Shown: positions 20,458-30,563 of the stretch, one piece after another
Numbering within the stretch: position 1 is the stretch's first letter
Layout: every line of letters starts with the position of its first letter
Source of the DNA: an uncultured virus (IMG/VR IMGVR_UViG_3300035661_004061)
Taxonomy: Duplodnaviria > Heunggongvirae > Uroviricota > Caudoviricetes
IMG/VR virus record: IMGVR_UViG_3300035661_004061
Reading direction: 5' to 3' (one strand)
Length of the DNA: 64,000 nt
Notes under the pieces: generated by a model
Seen by the model: only the letters and a program-made list of their open reading frames with translations
Told to the model about the DNA's origin: nothing
The model's database searches: none
Translations under genes and position numbers: made by a program

Positions 20458-21042
20458 ATGGATTTAAAAAGTATATATAAAGATGTATATAACACCATGA
20501 GAGCTGAAATGATGGAAAAAATGGATATGAAAGACATTGAAGTGGATATGAAAGAAGAATATGCTTCTATTAAACAATATAAGAAAAAAGATGATAGTTT
20601 AGATATTTCAAAAGTTAAATTTGGTGAAATTAAATCAGCTATGGAAGTATTTTATCAATTAAAAGATAAAGACGCATTAGGTGAAAAATATGAAACAAGA
20701 GAAATGTATTTATCTGATATGAAAAATGGTGAAGATTCATTTCCTTTACAAAAATGTGAATCATATATTAAAAAAATGGATAGAATCCAAGAACATAAAG
20801 ACACTTTGAAAGATATTGAAGTAAATGTTACAACACAAGAAAGTGGTTTGGATTCTAAAGAATTTAAAGCTTTAATGGCAATAGCAAAAGAAGTAATAAA
20901 AAAAGAAGAAGCTGTTGAAAAAGATAAAAGAGCCGAAGAAAGAGGTGAAACTGTAAATACTGCTGAAAAAGAAGCTAAAAAAGCAGAACTAGAAGAATTA
21001 ATGCAAAAAATTGCAAAACAATTAGGGATAACATTAGATTAA
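20458..21042 (+). CDS. Highly charged helical protein, possible T4 DsbA/GapR-like DNA-binding protein
   Basis: RIQEHKDTLKDIEV..ESGLDSKEFKALMAIAK resembles the phage dsDNA-binding DsbA/GapR pattern; KDIEV occurs twice. Confidence 0.35.
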   Translation: MDLKSIYKDVYNTMRAEMMEKMDMKDIEVDMKEEYASIKQYKKKDDSLDISKVKFGEIKSAMEVFYQLKDKDALGEKYETREMYLSDMKNGEDSFPLQKCESYIKKMDRIQEHKDTLKDIEVNVTTQESGLDSKEFKALMAIAKEVIKKEEAVEKDKRAEERGETVNTAEKEAKKAELEELMQKIAKQLGITLD

Positions 21043-21210
21043 TTTCTAATGTTATAAATATAATAAAAAACAAAAGCTCATCTAAATTATTTTAATCTAA
21101 TAAATAATTTATACGATTTTTTATATAATATAATATAAATATTTATTTTGTTTTAATAAAAAAACAAGTATAATATTGAAAATATTCAATGAATAAGTAG
21201 GTTAACAAAG

Positions 21211-21693
21211 ATGGAAAAGAAAGAAAAATCTTTTGGTGTATGTTTATATAGAAAAAACATTAAAACCAATAAAATAGAAATATTATTAGGAGAACATTTG
21301 TTTACAATGAATAAATGGGGATTAATAAAAGGTAGAGTCGAAAATACAGAAAATAACAAAGAAACGGCGATAAGAGAATTTTTCGAAGAAACTGGAATAA
21401 AATTAAAATTTAAATATTTAGAAAAATTCTTTTTTCAAAAAAATTTTTATAAAAACATAGGAGTCTTCCTTTATAATGCTGAAAATATAAAATATTATAC
21501 TTCGTATTTTAAAAATGATGAATTAAAATACAAAACCAATGAAAATGAAACAATAAAATGGTTTCCACTTGATGAACTTCCATTAATTCATAATAATCAA
21601 AAAGAATTAGTTAAAAATATTAAAGAATATATTGATTCAAATCCTACATTGTTTTTAAAAAATAATACAGAAATAGATTTATATATAAGTTAA
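21211..21693 (+). CDS. Nudix hydrolase
   Basis: Nudix box GRVENTENNKETAIREFFEETGI. Confidence 0.92.
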   Translation: MEKKEKSFGVCLYRKNIKTNKIEILLGEHLFTMNKWGLIKGRVENTENNKETAIREFFEETGIKLKFKYLEKFFFQKNFYKNIGVFLYNAENIKYYTSYFKNDELKYKTNENETIKWFPLDELPLIHNNQKELVKNIKEYIDSNPTLFLKNNTEIDLYIS

Positions 21694-21696
21694 TAA

Positions 21697-22782
21697 ATGA
21701 AATTTATCCATAATAATTATTTAATAAATAAAAATTATATAAAAAATCATAATAAATTTAATTTAAATAATGATTATTTGATTTTAGAAGATATTATTAG
21801 TAGTGAAATTTTGAATTTAAACTATAATATTTTAAAATCTATTAATTTATTTATTAAATTATATTCCGATAAATTTTTTAATTATAATTTTACTAATTTT
21901 TCTAATACTGCAAAATATTTAGATGATAATTCTTATTCAGAAAATATTATAAATGAAAAATTATTCGAAATTAATATAAAAAAAGATATTATGAATATAT
22001 TGAATGATTTAAAAGAAGAACATAATATAAAAATTAATTTAAAAAATTTTAATATTATAAATGAAAAATATAAAAAAAATTGTTTATTCAAAGAATATAT
22101 TTATGTTATATTATTAATCAAACATTATGTTAATGTTTCTGAAAACAAACAAAATTTATTAACAAATAACAAATATATTAAAAAAATAATAAATCAAAAA
22201 TACAATAATTATTGTTACATATATAATTATTATTTTGAAGATACATTAAATATTTTAGAATATAAACAATTATCTATAGATAAAGAAAGAAAGAATATTT
22301 CAAAAAATATTTTTTTAATATTTGAAGAAAATATTTTGGAAAATTTAAATGAAAATGATAAAAAATTATTTAAAAAAATTGTTCTAATTAATGATTATTC
22401 AGAAATACATCACAGAAATATAAATAAAACAAATAAAATTTCATTTAAAAATGAAAATATGTATATATATAAAACAACAAAATTTTTAGAAAAAGAAGAT
22501 AAATTTTCAATATATGATTCTACAATATTGAATTTACAAAAAAAATATAATATAAAATATTCATTTATTGAAAAAGACGAATTATCTTTTAATTTTTTAA
22601 AATTTGATAATTCCCAATTAAATAAAAATATTTTGATTAATAAAGATTATTTATATCTACCTTTATGGTATTCTGATAAATACGAAGAAATTTATACAAT
22701 TTTAAATAATTATACTTTATATGAAAAAATTAATGGTTTGACTAAATTAGAATTTATAAAATATTTAAATTCTAATTTATAG
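21697..22782 (+). CDS. Hypothetical protein (Asn/Lys/Ile-rich)
   Basis: 361-aa ORF 3 nt after the Nudix stop. Confidence 0.5.
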   Translation: MKFIHNNYLINKNYIKNHNKFNLNNDYLILEDIISSEILNLNYNILKSINLFIKLYSDKFFNYNFTNFSNTAKYLDDNSYSENIINEKLFEINIKKDIMNILNDLKEEHNIKINLKNFNIINEKYKKNCLFKEYIYVILLIKHYVNVSENKQNLLTNNKYIKKIINQKYNNYCYIYNYYFEDTLNILEYKQLSIDKERKNISKNIFLIFEENILENLNENDKKLFKKIVLINDYSEIHHRNINKTNKISFKNENMYIYKTTKFLEKEDKFSIYDSTILNLQKKYNIKYSFIEKDELSFNFLKFDNSQLNKNILINKDYLYLPLWYSDKYEEIYTILNNYTLYEKINGLTKLEFIKYLNSNL

Positions 22783-23815
22783 AAGGTTCCACTTCATTAT
22801 TAATTTGTGTGTTAATATTTAAATATTTTAATAATTTAGTTTCTAATTCATTTAAATTTTGTGCCGCAATTATATTTTTATATTCCGTATAAGGTTTATT
22901 TAACGATAATTCTTGTTCAGAAATATGAAAAACTTTATTAACATCGTCCATACCCGTTCTTATATAACCTATAATATTCATTGCTTTTTTTAATTCATTT
23001 TCTTTATTAACATCTAAATTATATAATTCTTTGATTTTATCAGCAAATTTTAAATACATTTCTTTTTGTATTTCAAATGAATTTTCGTCAATAACTCTAA
23101 ATATTTGAACTATTATTGTTTTAGAATTTCCTTCTTTATGTTCTGTATTTAAATTTAAATCTTTAAATTTTAAAGAATGACCTGTATTTAATTTTAATAT
23201 TTTTTTTATATGTTTATCTAAATTATTTTCTATTTTTTTTGATATTTTTGAATTTCCTAAAATTATATCATAAAAATCTTTTTTTAATTCAGCAAATGAT
23301 TTCGTTATTTTTATTGAATTAGAAAATTTATTTAATTCTTCTTTATTTTCTTCTATTCCAGCTATATACATTGAATCTTTTTCATTATCAAATCTTATAT
23401 CAGTAAAAATAAAATCAGAATTACTATTTAATATTTTTTTTAATACCATTTTGACATGAAAATCTTGATCTATAAGATTTCTAAAATATTCTGTTCCTAA
23501 TTTTTGCATAATAGTCCGAAAATCTTTATCTAATTCTATTTCTCTTTCTTTATCTATATAAAAATTTTTTTCTTCTTTTAAAATATCTAACAATTCATTA
23601 GCAATAAAATTATTATTATTATCATACCATTTATTATTACTTTTATGATAATTTTTATATGTATTTTTTTGATCCAATTCAAAAACTTCTATTAAAAAAA
23701 ATTTTAAATAATCAGCCATTCTTATTTGTTCAACATTTTTATGTTTTTCTATGATTTCTTTTGCGGTATCTTTTCCATGACCACCTCTACCTATTAAAAT
23801 ATAATTCATTTTCAA
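22772..23815 (-). CDS. Deoxynucleoside monophosphate kinase (phage type)
   Basis: IGRGGHGKDT P-loop, MADYLK, RTIMQKLGTEYFR, TDIRFDNE, HISE. Confidence 0.85.
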   Translation of the reverse strand: MKMNYILIGRGGHGKDTAKEIIEKHKNVEQIRMADYLKFFLIEVFELDQKNTYKNYHKSNNKWYDNNNNFIANELLDILKEEKNFYIDKEREIELDKDFRTIMQKLGTEYFRNLIDQDFHVKMVLKKILNSNSDFIFTDIRFDNEKDSMYIAGIEENKEELNKFSNSIKITKSFAELKKDFYDIILGNSKISKKIENNLDKHIKKILKLNTGHSLKFKDLNLNTEHKEGNSKTIIVQIFRVIDENSFEIQKEMYLKFADKIKELYNLDVNKENELKKAMNIIGYIRTGMDDVNKVFHISEQELSLNKPYTEYKNIIAAQNLNELETKLLKYLNINTQINNEVEPSIN

Positions 23816-23951
23816 TTACCACCATTTTTAATTTTTATTTCTTTTATTATAAAAAAAAAAAAATAAAAAAATCTATAATTAACTAAATAATAAAATAAAA
23901 TTTATTAAAATAGATATTATAAATATTAAAAGAAAGAAATAAAGGAATAAA

Positions 23952-25670
23952 ATGATTATAGGAATAACTGGTCATGTAAATATAGAAAAAATTTTTAATT
24001 TAAGTTTTAAAGATTATGGGGAAATTTATAATAATGAATGTTTTGAAAATTTAATAATAGAAATTACTAATACATTAAAAAAAATTTCAAATCATTATAA
24101 TATAGAATTTTCAAAATTAATATTAGTATCTGGAATGGCGAGAGGAATTGATGAAATTTTTGCTGAAATAGCTGTTAGAAATGATTTAAAGTTGATTTTA
24201 TCTATACCTCATTCAATAGAAGCTCATAAAAATAAAAGAATTATAAGAGGAATCAGAGATCAAGCTGTAAATTATGACAAATATTTAAATTATAAAAATA
24301 CAATAAAAATAAATGAAATTAAAAAAAATTATGGTGGTGAAACTTATTTATATGCTAATTTTGCAAGAAATAAAAATATAATAGATGAAAGTGAGATAGT
24401 TATAAGTTTCAAAGCTTATGAAAGTGCTGGAACAAATGATGCTATTGTTGCAGCTAAAAAAACAAACAAATATTTAGGAAATGTTAGTGAAATAAACAAA
24501 GAAGATTTTTCTTTTAATAATTTTAATTATATTTCAAGAGAAATAATAAATCAAAAAAAAATACAGATTGAAGAAGAAAACAAATCAAAAAGAAATTTTG
24601 AATATAATATTAAAAGTATAGATGACAATGTAGACGAATATTCAAAATATTCAAAAATAATGATTATTCAAGGTTGTAATTCTTTAGGAAAAATGGGTGC
24701 TGGAATCGCTGATTATTTAAAAAATAAATTTCCAAAACAAGCTAATGAATATTTTAATTATTACAAAGAAAATGGATTACTTGTGGGTGATGTTGTTTTT
24801 ACAGCTGAAAAATCGAATTTATATTTTGGAAATATAATTTCTCAAGAAAAAATAGGGAAAGATAAACAATATATAGAATATCGAGGTTTTTATGATGGAT
24901 TGATAAAAGTTAAAGAGTTTTGTGAAAATAATAATATAAATATTATAAAAACACCATTAATAGGAACTGGATTAGCAGGTGGCGATTGGGGTGTTATTGA
25001 ATATTTATATAAAGAAGTATTTAAAAATTCTAATATTTTAATTGAATTTTATGAAATAAACGAAAAACATTTAAACTCTTGTTTGCTGAAAATTGAAGAA
25101 AGAAATTTATTAAGAAAATCATTTTCAAAAAAAGACTTTCCAGAAAATTATAATTTTGATAATTTAAAATTTTTAAATAATTCAAATATTAAAATTAAAA
25201 TTGATAATTTTAAAAAAGAAAAACAAAAAGAAAATTTAAATATAATTTCAAATTCAGTTATAGATACAAAATTAAATAAATATAAAATAAAAATAACTAA
25301 TTTAGGGAAAAATGATAAATATATTTATATTGGAAGACCTTCTTTATGGCAAAATCCATTTCCTACAAAATCAAGTAAATTTTCCCCAAATGTATATCCA
25401 CTTGAGGAAAGCTTGAAAAAATACCAAGAAGAAACATTATCTAAGTTAAAAGTTAAAAATTTTGTAAAATTATTATTAGAAAATAATGAAATAACATTAT
25501 CTTGTTTTTGTATAGAAAAAACGATAACAATAAATAATTATAAAATAAATGAAACACCAAAATGTCATGGTGAATTATTAGCTGAAAAAATATTTGAAGC
25601 ATTAAAGTTAGAATTAACGCAAATCAACGAAAATCAATTAAATAATAATGAAAACAATATTAATATTTAA
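23952..25670 (+). CDS. Three-domain fusion: YspA-like SLOG + Macro + DUF4326
   Basis: IGITGH..SGMARGID..ARNKNIID..SAGT (SLOG); QGCNSLGKMGAGIA..PLIGTGLAGGDW (Macro); YIGRPSLWQNPF..LSCFC..CHGELL (DUF4326). Confidence 0.82.
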   Translation: MIIGITGHVNIEKIFNLSFKDYGEIYNNECFENLIIEITNTLKKISNHYNIEFSKLILVSGMARGIDEIFAEIAVRNDLKLILSIPHSIEAHKNKRIIRGIRDQAVNYDKYLNYKNTIKINEIKKNYGGETYLYANFARNKNIIDESEIVISFKAYESAGTNDAIVAAKKTNKYLGNVSEINKEDFSFNNFNYISREIINQKKIQIEEENKSKRNFEYNIKSIDDNVDEYSKYSKIMIIQGCNSLGKMGAGIADYLKNKFPKQANEYFNYYKENGLLVGDVVFTAEKSNLYFGNIISQEKIGKDKQYIEYRGFYDGLIKVKEFCENNNINIIKTPLIGTGLAGGDWGVIEYLYKEVFKNSNILIEFYEINEKHLNSCLLKIEERNLLRKSFSKKDFPENYNFDNLKFLNNSNIKIKIDNFKKEKQKENLNIISNSVIDTKLNKYKIKITNLGKNDKYIYIGRPSLWQNPFPTKSSKFSPNVYPLEESLKKYQEETLSKLKVKNFVKLLLENNEITLSCFCIEKTITINNYKINETPKCHGELLAEKIFEALKLELTQINENQLNNNENNINI

Positions 25671-25715
25671 ATAGTTCTTTTAATTTTTTAAAATAAAAAA
25701 TAAAAATGGAGAATT

Positions 25716-26675
25716 ATGCAAATTTTAAAAATTTTTAAAACATTAATATTGTTTTCGATCATTTATTTTACTATCGATATTGGACGATATATATTTTATC
25801 CAAATCTTTCAAAATTAGAATCAAGTCATCTTAAATATACTTCTTTTATGAAATATAGAATAAATGAATCAAAAGAAAAAGGTGAAAACTTAAATATTCA
25901 ACAAGAATGGGTACAATTAGAAAAAGTATCCCCTTATATTGTTAAAGGTTTATTAATAGCAGAAGATGATAAATTTTGGGATCATAATGGATTTGATGTA
26001 GACGGAATTGAAAATGCCTTAAAGAAAAATCTTAAAAATGGAAAATTATCAGCTGGTGGAAGTACAATTTCTCAACAATTAATTAAAAATTTATTGTTAG
26101 AACCTTCTAAAAATCCTTCAAGAAAAATCAAAGAGGCTATTTTAACTTGGAGAATGGAAAAAACATTACCCAAAAATAGAATATTAGAATTGTATTTAAA
26201 TTCAGCTGAATGGGGAAATGGTGTTTTTGGTATTCAAGCCGCTTCACATTATTATTTTAATAAGGATGCAGAATATTTAACAGCAAAAGAATCTTCTAAA
26301 TTATTGGCAGTATTACCTAATCCATTAATATATAATGTTAATGGAACACAAAAATATGTATTAAAAAGATCTAAACATATTTATAAAATATTAAAATATA
26401 GAGGAATTATAGATGAATATAACAATATGATGATTGAAAGAAATAAAGGTTTGAAATTTAAAGAAAATGAAATAGAATCAAATAATGAAAATTATTTAAA
26501 AGATTTTAAAGAAAATAATTATTTAAATAATGAAGAAATAAATGGTGATAAAGATAAAGAAGTTAATTCAAATGAAATCATAAATAGTGAAGAAGTGAAA
26601 GATATATCTGTTGAAAATAGTGATAATAAAAATATTTCAGATAATATATCTTTTCATACAAATGACCAATTTTAA
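25716..26675 (+). CDS. mtgA: Monofunctional peptidoglycan transglycosylase (GT51)
   Basis: AEDDKFWDHNGFD, GGSTISQQLIKNL, RKIKE, RILELYLNSAEWG; N-terminal TM helix. Confidence 0.92.
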   Translation: MQILKIFKTLILFSIIYFTIDIGRYIFYPNLSKLESSHLKYTSFMKYRINESKEKGENLNIQQEWVQLEKVSPYIVKGLLIAEDDKFWDHNGFDVDGIENALKKNLKNGKLSAGGSTISQQLIKNLLLEPSKNPSRKIKEAILTWRMEKTLPKNRILELYLNSAEWGNGVFGIQAASHYYFNKDAEYLTAKESSKLLAVLPNPLIYNVNGTQKYVLKRSKHIYKILKYRGIIDEYNNMMIERNKGLKFKENEIESNNENYLKDFKENNYLNNEEINGDKDKEVNSNEIINSEEVKDISVENSDNKNISDNISFHTNDQF

Positions 26676-26678
26676 ATA

Positions 26679-27047
26679 TTAAACTTTTAAATTAAATAAC
26701 AAAGATACATGTTCCTTAAAATATTTTGCATTTTTAACAAAATCTTGACTAGGGTATTGTACAATTAAATTATCTGTTTTTTTATCGGTAACTTTAACCA
26801 TATAAATATCAGTTTCAGTATCTAATTTAAATTGTAAATTATTATTTATAACTGAATCTGTATTATTAATTTTATCTAATAAAGTATTCAATTCGTCCTT
26901 ATTTAAAGTTTTGGGTTGTGAATTATTATCAGAAATATTTTTAGCATAACTACTTATTGATTTTGAAGATTCTCCTATATTATATTCAACAGGAAATTGA
27001 ATATTATTATTTATATTGTTATTAATGATTTTATTTATAGTTTCCAT
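26679..27047 (-). CDS. flaG: Flagellar protein FlaG
   Basis: NLQFKLD..YMVKVTDKKTDNLIVQYPSQDF..LLFNLKV matches the FlaG C-terminus; same operon as fliD. Confidence 0.82.
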   Translation of the reverse strand: METINKIINNNINNNIQFPVEYNIGESSKSISSYAKNISDNNSQPKTLNKDELNTLLDKINNTDSVINNNLQFKLDTETDIYMVKVTDKKTDNLIVQYPSQDFVKNAKYFKEHVSLLFNLKV

Positions 27048-27050
27048 TTT

Positions 27051-27452
27051 TTACTCCTTAATTTTTATCAATAATTCTTTTAGATTATTTAATAAACTTA
27101 ATTCATTTTCTAAAATAAATTTTAATAAAATTTTATTTAAAAAAGTATAAAAATCAATAATATCTTTATGATTAATATCTTCAATATTAACTGAATTTAT
27201 CATAATACTATTAATTTCTAACAATTTACTTATATTTCTATGTTTTAATTCTATTTCATTATTTTGGTGATTTAATATAATTTGATCAATTTTTCTTATA
27301 TATAAAACAAATAAAGTATTCAAAAATTCTTCATTAGATAAAGTATTAACAATACTATTATATGAATTTTTATTTTCTATTACATTATTATAATTATTTA
27401 TAAAATTATGTTCATAATTATTAGTTAATATTTGAAAAATATTTGCTGTCAT
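27051..27452 (-). CDS. fliS: Divergent FliS-like flagellin export chaperone
   Basis: Follows fliD by 2 nt; 133 aa helical; EIELKHRNISKLLEINSIMINSV..IIDFYTFLNKIL pattern. Confidence 0.6.
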   Translation of the reverse strand: MTANIFQILTNNYEHNFINNYNNVIENKNSYNSIVNTLSNEEFLNTLFVLYIRKIDQIILNHQNNEIELKHRNISKLLEINSIMINSVNIEDINHKDIIDFYTFLNKILLKFILENELSLLNNLKELLIKIKE

Positions 27453-27454
27453 TT

Positions 27455-28789
27455 TTATGCCTTTGTACTATAAGATGATTGAATTAAACTATTTAATGCT
27501 GAAAAATTATTATTCATATTTGAAATAATACTATCATAAGCATTGAATTGATTTGTCATAATGTCAAATTTAGTATTTATATAATCTTGGGTACTAATTT
27601 TATTCAATTCCATTCTATTATATTCTGAATTCAAATTATCTGTTTGTAATTTCAAAAATCCACTATTTGAATTTGTAATATTATCCATTGTGGTTTTTAA
27701 TTTTGTAAAAACTCCATTATCTCCTTGAAATAAAATCTTAATATCAGAAAAATTAGAATTATTAAATTTTTTTTCATCTAATGATAAAACTCCACTTTTA
27801 TCTAAACTTAATCCATTTTGAAATAAATTATTATTACTTATAACATTTGTTAAAGAATTATTGATATTTCTTAAAATAGAATTAAAAGTGGAAGAATCGT
27901 TTTGAAAAACACCTGACGAAGTATTTGTTCCACCATTTTGTGTTATATCTTTTGTATAATTTGATAAATTATTATATTGATCAATAAATAATTTATATTG
28001 AGTTTTAATATTATCAGTATTTTGTTCTATTTTCACATCAGTTGTCGAATTTAAATCTTTTAATGTAACTTCTACACCTGTTTTAATATCAGAAAAAGTA
28101 TTACTACTTCTTTCCATATTAATATTATTAAATTTAAATTTAGCATTTTGAGCATGTTGAACATTATTTAAATTTAATTCATTTAAAATATTTGTATCCC
28201 CATTTACTGTTATTGTATTGTCTATTCCTGTATTAGAACTATTTAAAACTAATGAAAATGAACTACCAGACGTATTTAATATATTAGAAGTCATACCTTT
28301 TGAAATTAAAGTATTATTAATTTGATCGTTTAAATCAGATAATTTCATATTATTAGTTATTATAAAATCATAATTATTTCCTTTAAATTGCAAAGTTAAA
28401 TTTTCATTTGAACCAGTTGAATTTATAATTGCATCTTTCGAAGTATATTGTTTGCTTTGATATGTATCATTAGCTGCTAATTGAGAAGTCGATATTGTAA
28501 AATTTTGAATATCCACTCCGTCAGCTGCTTTTACATCTATACTTGAATTAGAAAGAGATACATTTCTTTGAAGATACAACGTTTCATTACTTAAACTATT
28601 TATTGTTGTCGAAAGATCGTTAATCATTCCTGTATATGTAGAAAAAGCTGTTGTTTTTGCTTGATTTTTCGCTATCGACTTATCAATGGGATCTATTTGA
28701 ATAGTTTGTGCATTTGTTTTTAATTGTGTAATAGTATCGCTATTCAATACATTACTTCCCATTCCCATAACACTTAAACTTGAAGACAT
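27455..28789 (-). CDS. fliD: Flagellar filament cap protein FliD
   Basis: SSLSVMGMGSNVLNSDTITQL N-terminus, QLAANDTYQS, AQNAKFKFNN..RSSNTFSDIKTGVEVTL, QFNAYDSIISNMN C-terminal coil. Confidence 0.92.
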   Translation of the reverse strand: MSSSLSVMGMGSNVLNSDTITQLKTNAQTIQIDPIDKSIAKNQAKTTAFSTYTGMINDLSTTINSLSNETLYLQRNVSLSNSSIDVKAADGVDIQNFTISTSQLAANDTYQSKQYTSKDAIINSTGSNENLTLQFKGNNYDFIITNNMKLSDLNDQINNTLISKGMTSNILNTSGSSFSLVLNSSNTGIDNTITVNGDTNILNELNLNNVQHAQNAKFKFNNINMERSSNTFSDIKTGVEVTLKDLNSTTDVKIEQNTDNIKTQYKLFIDQYNNLSNYTKDITQNGGTNTSSGVFQNDSSTFNSILRNINNSLTNVISNNNLFQNGLSLDKSGVLSLDEKKFNNSNFSDIKILFQGDNGVFTKLKTTMDNITNSNSGFLKLQTDNLNSEYNRMELNKISTQDYINTKFDIMTNQFNAYDSIISNMNNNFSALNSLIQSSYSTKA

Positions 28790-28821
28790 ATTATTTCCTT
28801 AAATAAATTTCAATTTAATCT

Positions 28822-28848
28822 ATATCGGATGTTTTTAATTTAAGTTTA
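28822..28848 (-). promoter_or_regulatory. Sigma-28 (FliA) promoter of fliD-fliS-flaG
   Basis: Minus strand TAAACTTA-N11-TCCGATAT, 32 nt upstream of the fliD ATG. Confidence 0.8.
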
Positions 28849-28929
28849 GTTTAAATTTGAATTTTAATAAAATTTTAAGTTAAATGATGATATACTTCTA
28901 TTTAATATATTATATAAAAGGAAACACAA

Positions 28930-29370
28930 ATGAGTATTTATGAAAAAATAAAAGAAACACAAATGAAATCTAGAAAAAGTAAAGATACTTTTGTTTCAAA
29001 TGCTTTAGGTGGGATTTTAAACGAAGTTAAACCAATTGGAAATGAAATTAAAGAAATTACAGACGATTTAATTGTTAAAACATTAAATAAATATATAAAA
29101 GGTGTTAATACAAATATTGAATTAGCAGAAAAGTCTGGAAGAACAGAATTAATTGATGGTTTTAAAAATGAAAAAAAGATATATGAAATGTTTTTACCTA
29201 AACAAATGAAAGATTCAGAAATTAAAGTAGTTATCGAAACTATTATTGGAAATAGAGAAAAAAATGGGAAAATGATGGGTGAAATTATGGGAAAATTTAA
29301 TAAAGAATATACAGGTCAATTCAATCCTTCTACTTTATCTACAATTGTTAAAGAAATATTGGGTTCTTAA
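28930..29370 (+). CDS. GatB/YqeY domain protein
   Basis: MKSRK..ITDDLIVKTL..GRTEL..EKKIYEMFLPKQM..MGEIMG. Confidence 0.88.
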   Translation: MSIYEKIKETQMKSRKSKDTFVSNALGGILNEVKPIGNEIKEITDDLIVKTLNKYIKGVNTNIELAEKSGRTELIDGFKNEKKIYEMFLPKQMKDSEIKVVIETIIGNREKNGKMMGEIMGKFNKEYTGQFNPSTLSTIVKEILGS

Positions 29371-29382
29371 TCTACAAAATTT

Positions 29383-29423
29383 TTTAAAATAACTTGAATT
29401 TTATTAATTCAAGTTATTTTAAA
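29383..29423. terminator. Bidirectional terminator-like hairpin
   Basis: 18-bp perfect stem tttaaaataacttgaatt / aattcaagttattttaaa between convergent genes. Confidence 0.6.
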
Positions 29424-29489
29424 TTTTAATTTATTTTCAATTAAAATTAAATCATCTATTAATTTTTAATATTGAATTATATCAATATA

Positions 29490-30302
29490 TTAATTTTCCA
29501 TATTTAATTCGATTTTTGTATCATTACTTAATTTTTTAATTTCTTCTAGTTCTTTTGTTTTTTTGAACTTTCCTTCAAATGCTTCTTTTCTTAAATATTG
29601 TTTTTCAGGATTAAATTGTCTATCATAATTTTTTAATACTATTAACGGTAAATAATTAAAAATTTCATTTAAACTTTTAATTCGTATAATCCTTTTACCA
29701 GTATATAAATGTTGATTATGTTTATAATCCAAAACAAAAGCATGAGCATATGGATTTTTTATAACAGTATTTTCAACATTATGTGCACCGTCATCTATTA
29801 ATATAGCATTTGTATAATCCAATTCCCATTTATATGAAGTTGTATGTTTTCTACTTATATAATCTTTAAAATATTTTTGTATATGTTTACTTTTAGATTC
29901 AACATTTTTATCATAAGTAGCTGTTACAATTGATAAATTATCTAATAATTTATTTTTTTCTAATGTTTTTAAAAATGGAATTGCATCCTTTTTTGGTAAT
30001 ATTTCATCATATACGTTAGGATTATCTAAAAATACTTTTCCGTTAGGTTGCTTATCGAACCAATAAAAATCAACAACATCTTTCTTCTTCCAATTTGTTC
30101 CATTATTTTTATTAATATTTTCAACCCAAGGACTCATCAAATCTGCTAATACTTCATCATAATCACAATATATAGTTACTGTTTTAATCAATGATTTTAA
30201 ATATTCTAAATCTATATGATGTGTTTTCATCAATTCCTTAATTTCATTTTTAAATTCGGAATTATTTATATGTTCTTTTAAATTGTTTATATCAAATTTC
30301 AT
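29490..30302 (-). CDS. 5'(3')-deoxyribonucleotidase (NT5C, HAD family)
   Basis: IYCDYDEVLADL, IVTA, ILIDDGAHN, HNQ. Confidence 0.82.
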   Translation of the reverse strand: MKFDINNLKEHINNSEFKNEIKELMKTHHIDLEYLKSLIKTVTIYCDYDEVLADLMSPWVENINKNNGTNWKKKDVVDFYWFDKQPNGKVFLDNPNVYDEILPKKDAIPFLKTLEKNKLLDNLSIVTATYDKNVESKSKHIQKYFKDYISRKHTTSYKWELDYTNAILIDDGAHNVENTVIKNPYAHAFVLDYKHNQHLYTGKRIIRIKSLNEIFNYLPLIVLKNYDRQFNPEKQYLRKEAFEGKFKKTKELEEIKKLSNDTKIELNMEN

Positions 30303-30563
30303 TTTTAACCTTAATAATAAATATTTTAAAGTTATTATAAAAAAATAATTAAAAATATATTCTAAAAATAATAATTTTAAATATATTTTTAATTATTTTA
30401 TAAATTGTGATAAATTATAAAAATCAATTATGAAAATTTCAAATCTTCATTAATAGATTTTTTAATTACTAAAAATTCACATTCATATTTAAAAATATCT
30501 ATTTTTGTTTATAAGATATTTTTAAAGTTTCAAATAAAATTAACTTTCATTATATGTATTGTT

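Noticed and set aside
30300..30560. AT-rich intergenic region with an inverted repeat as a replication origin
   Set aside because: No DnaA-box cluster or iterons seen, and AT richness is the background here
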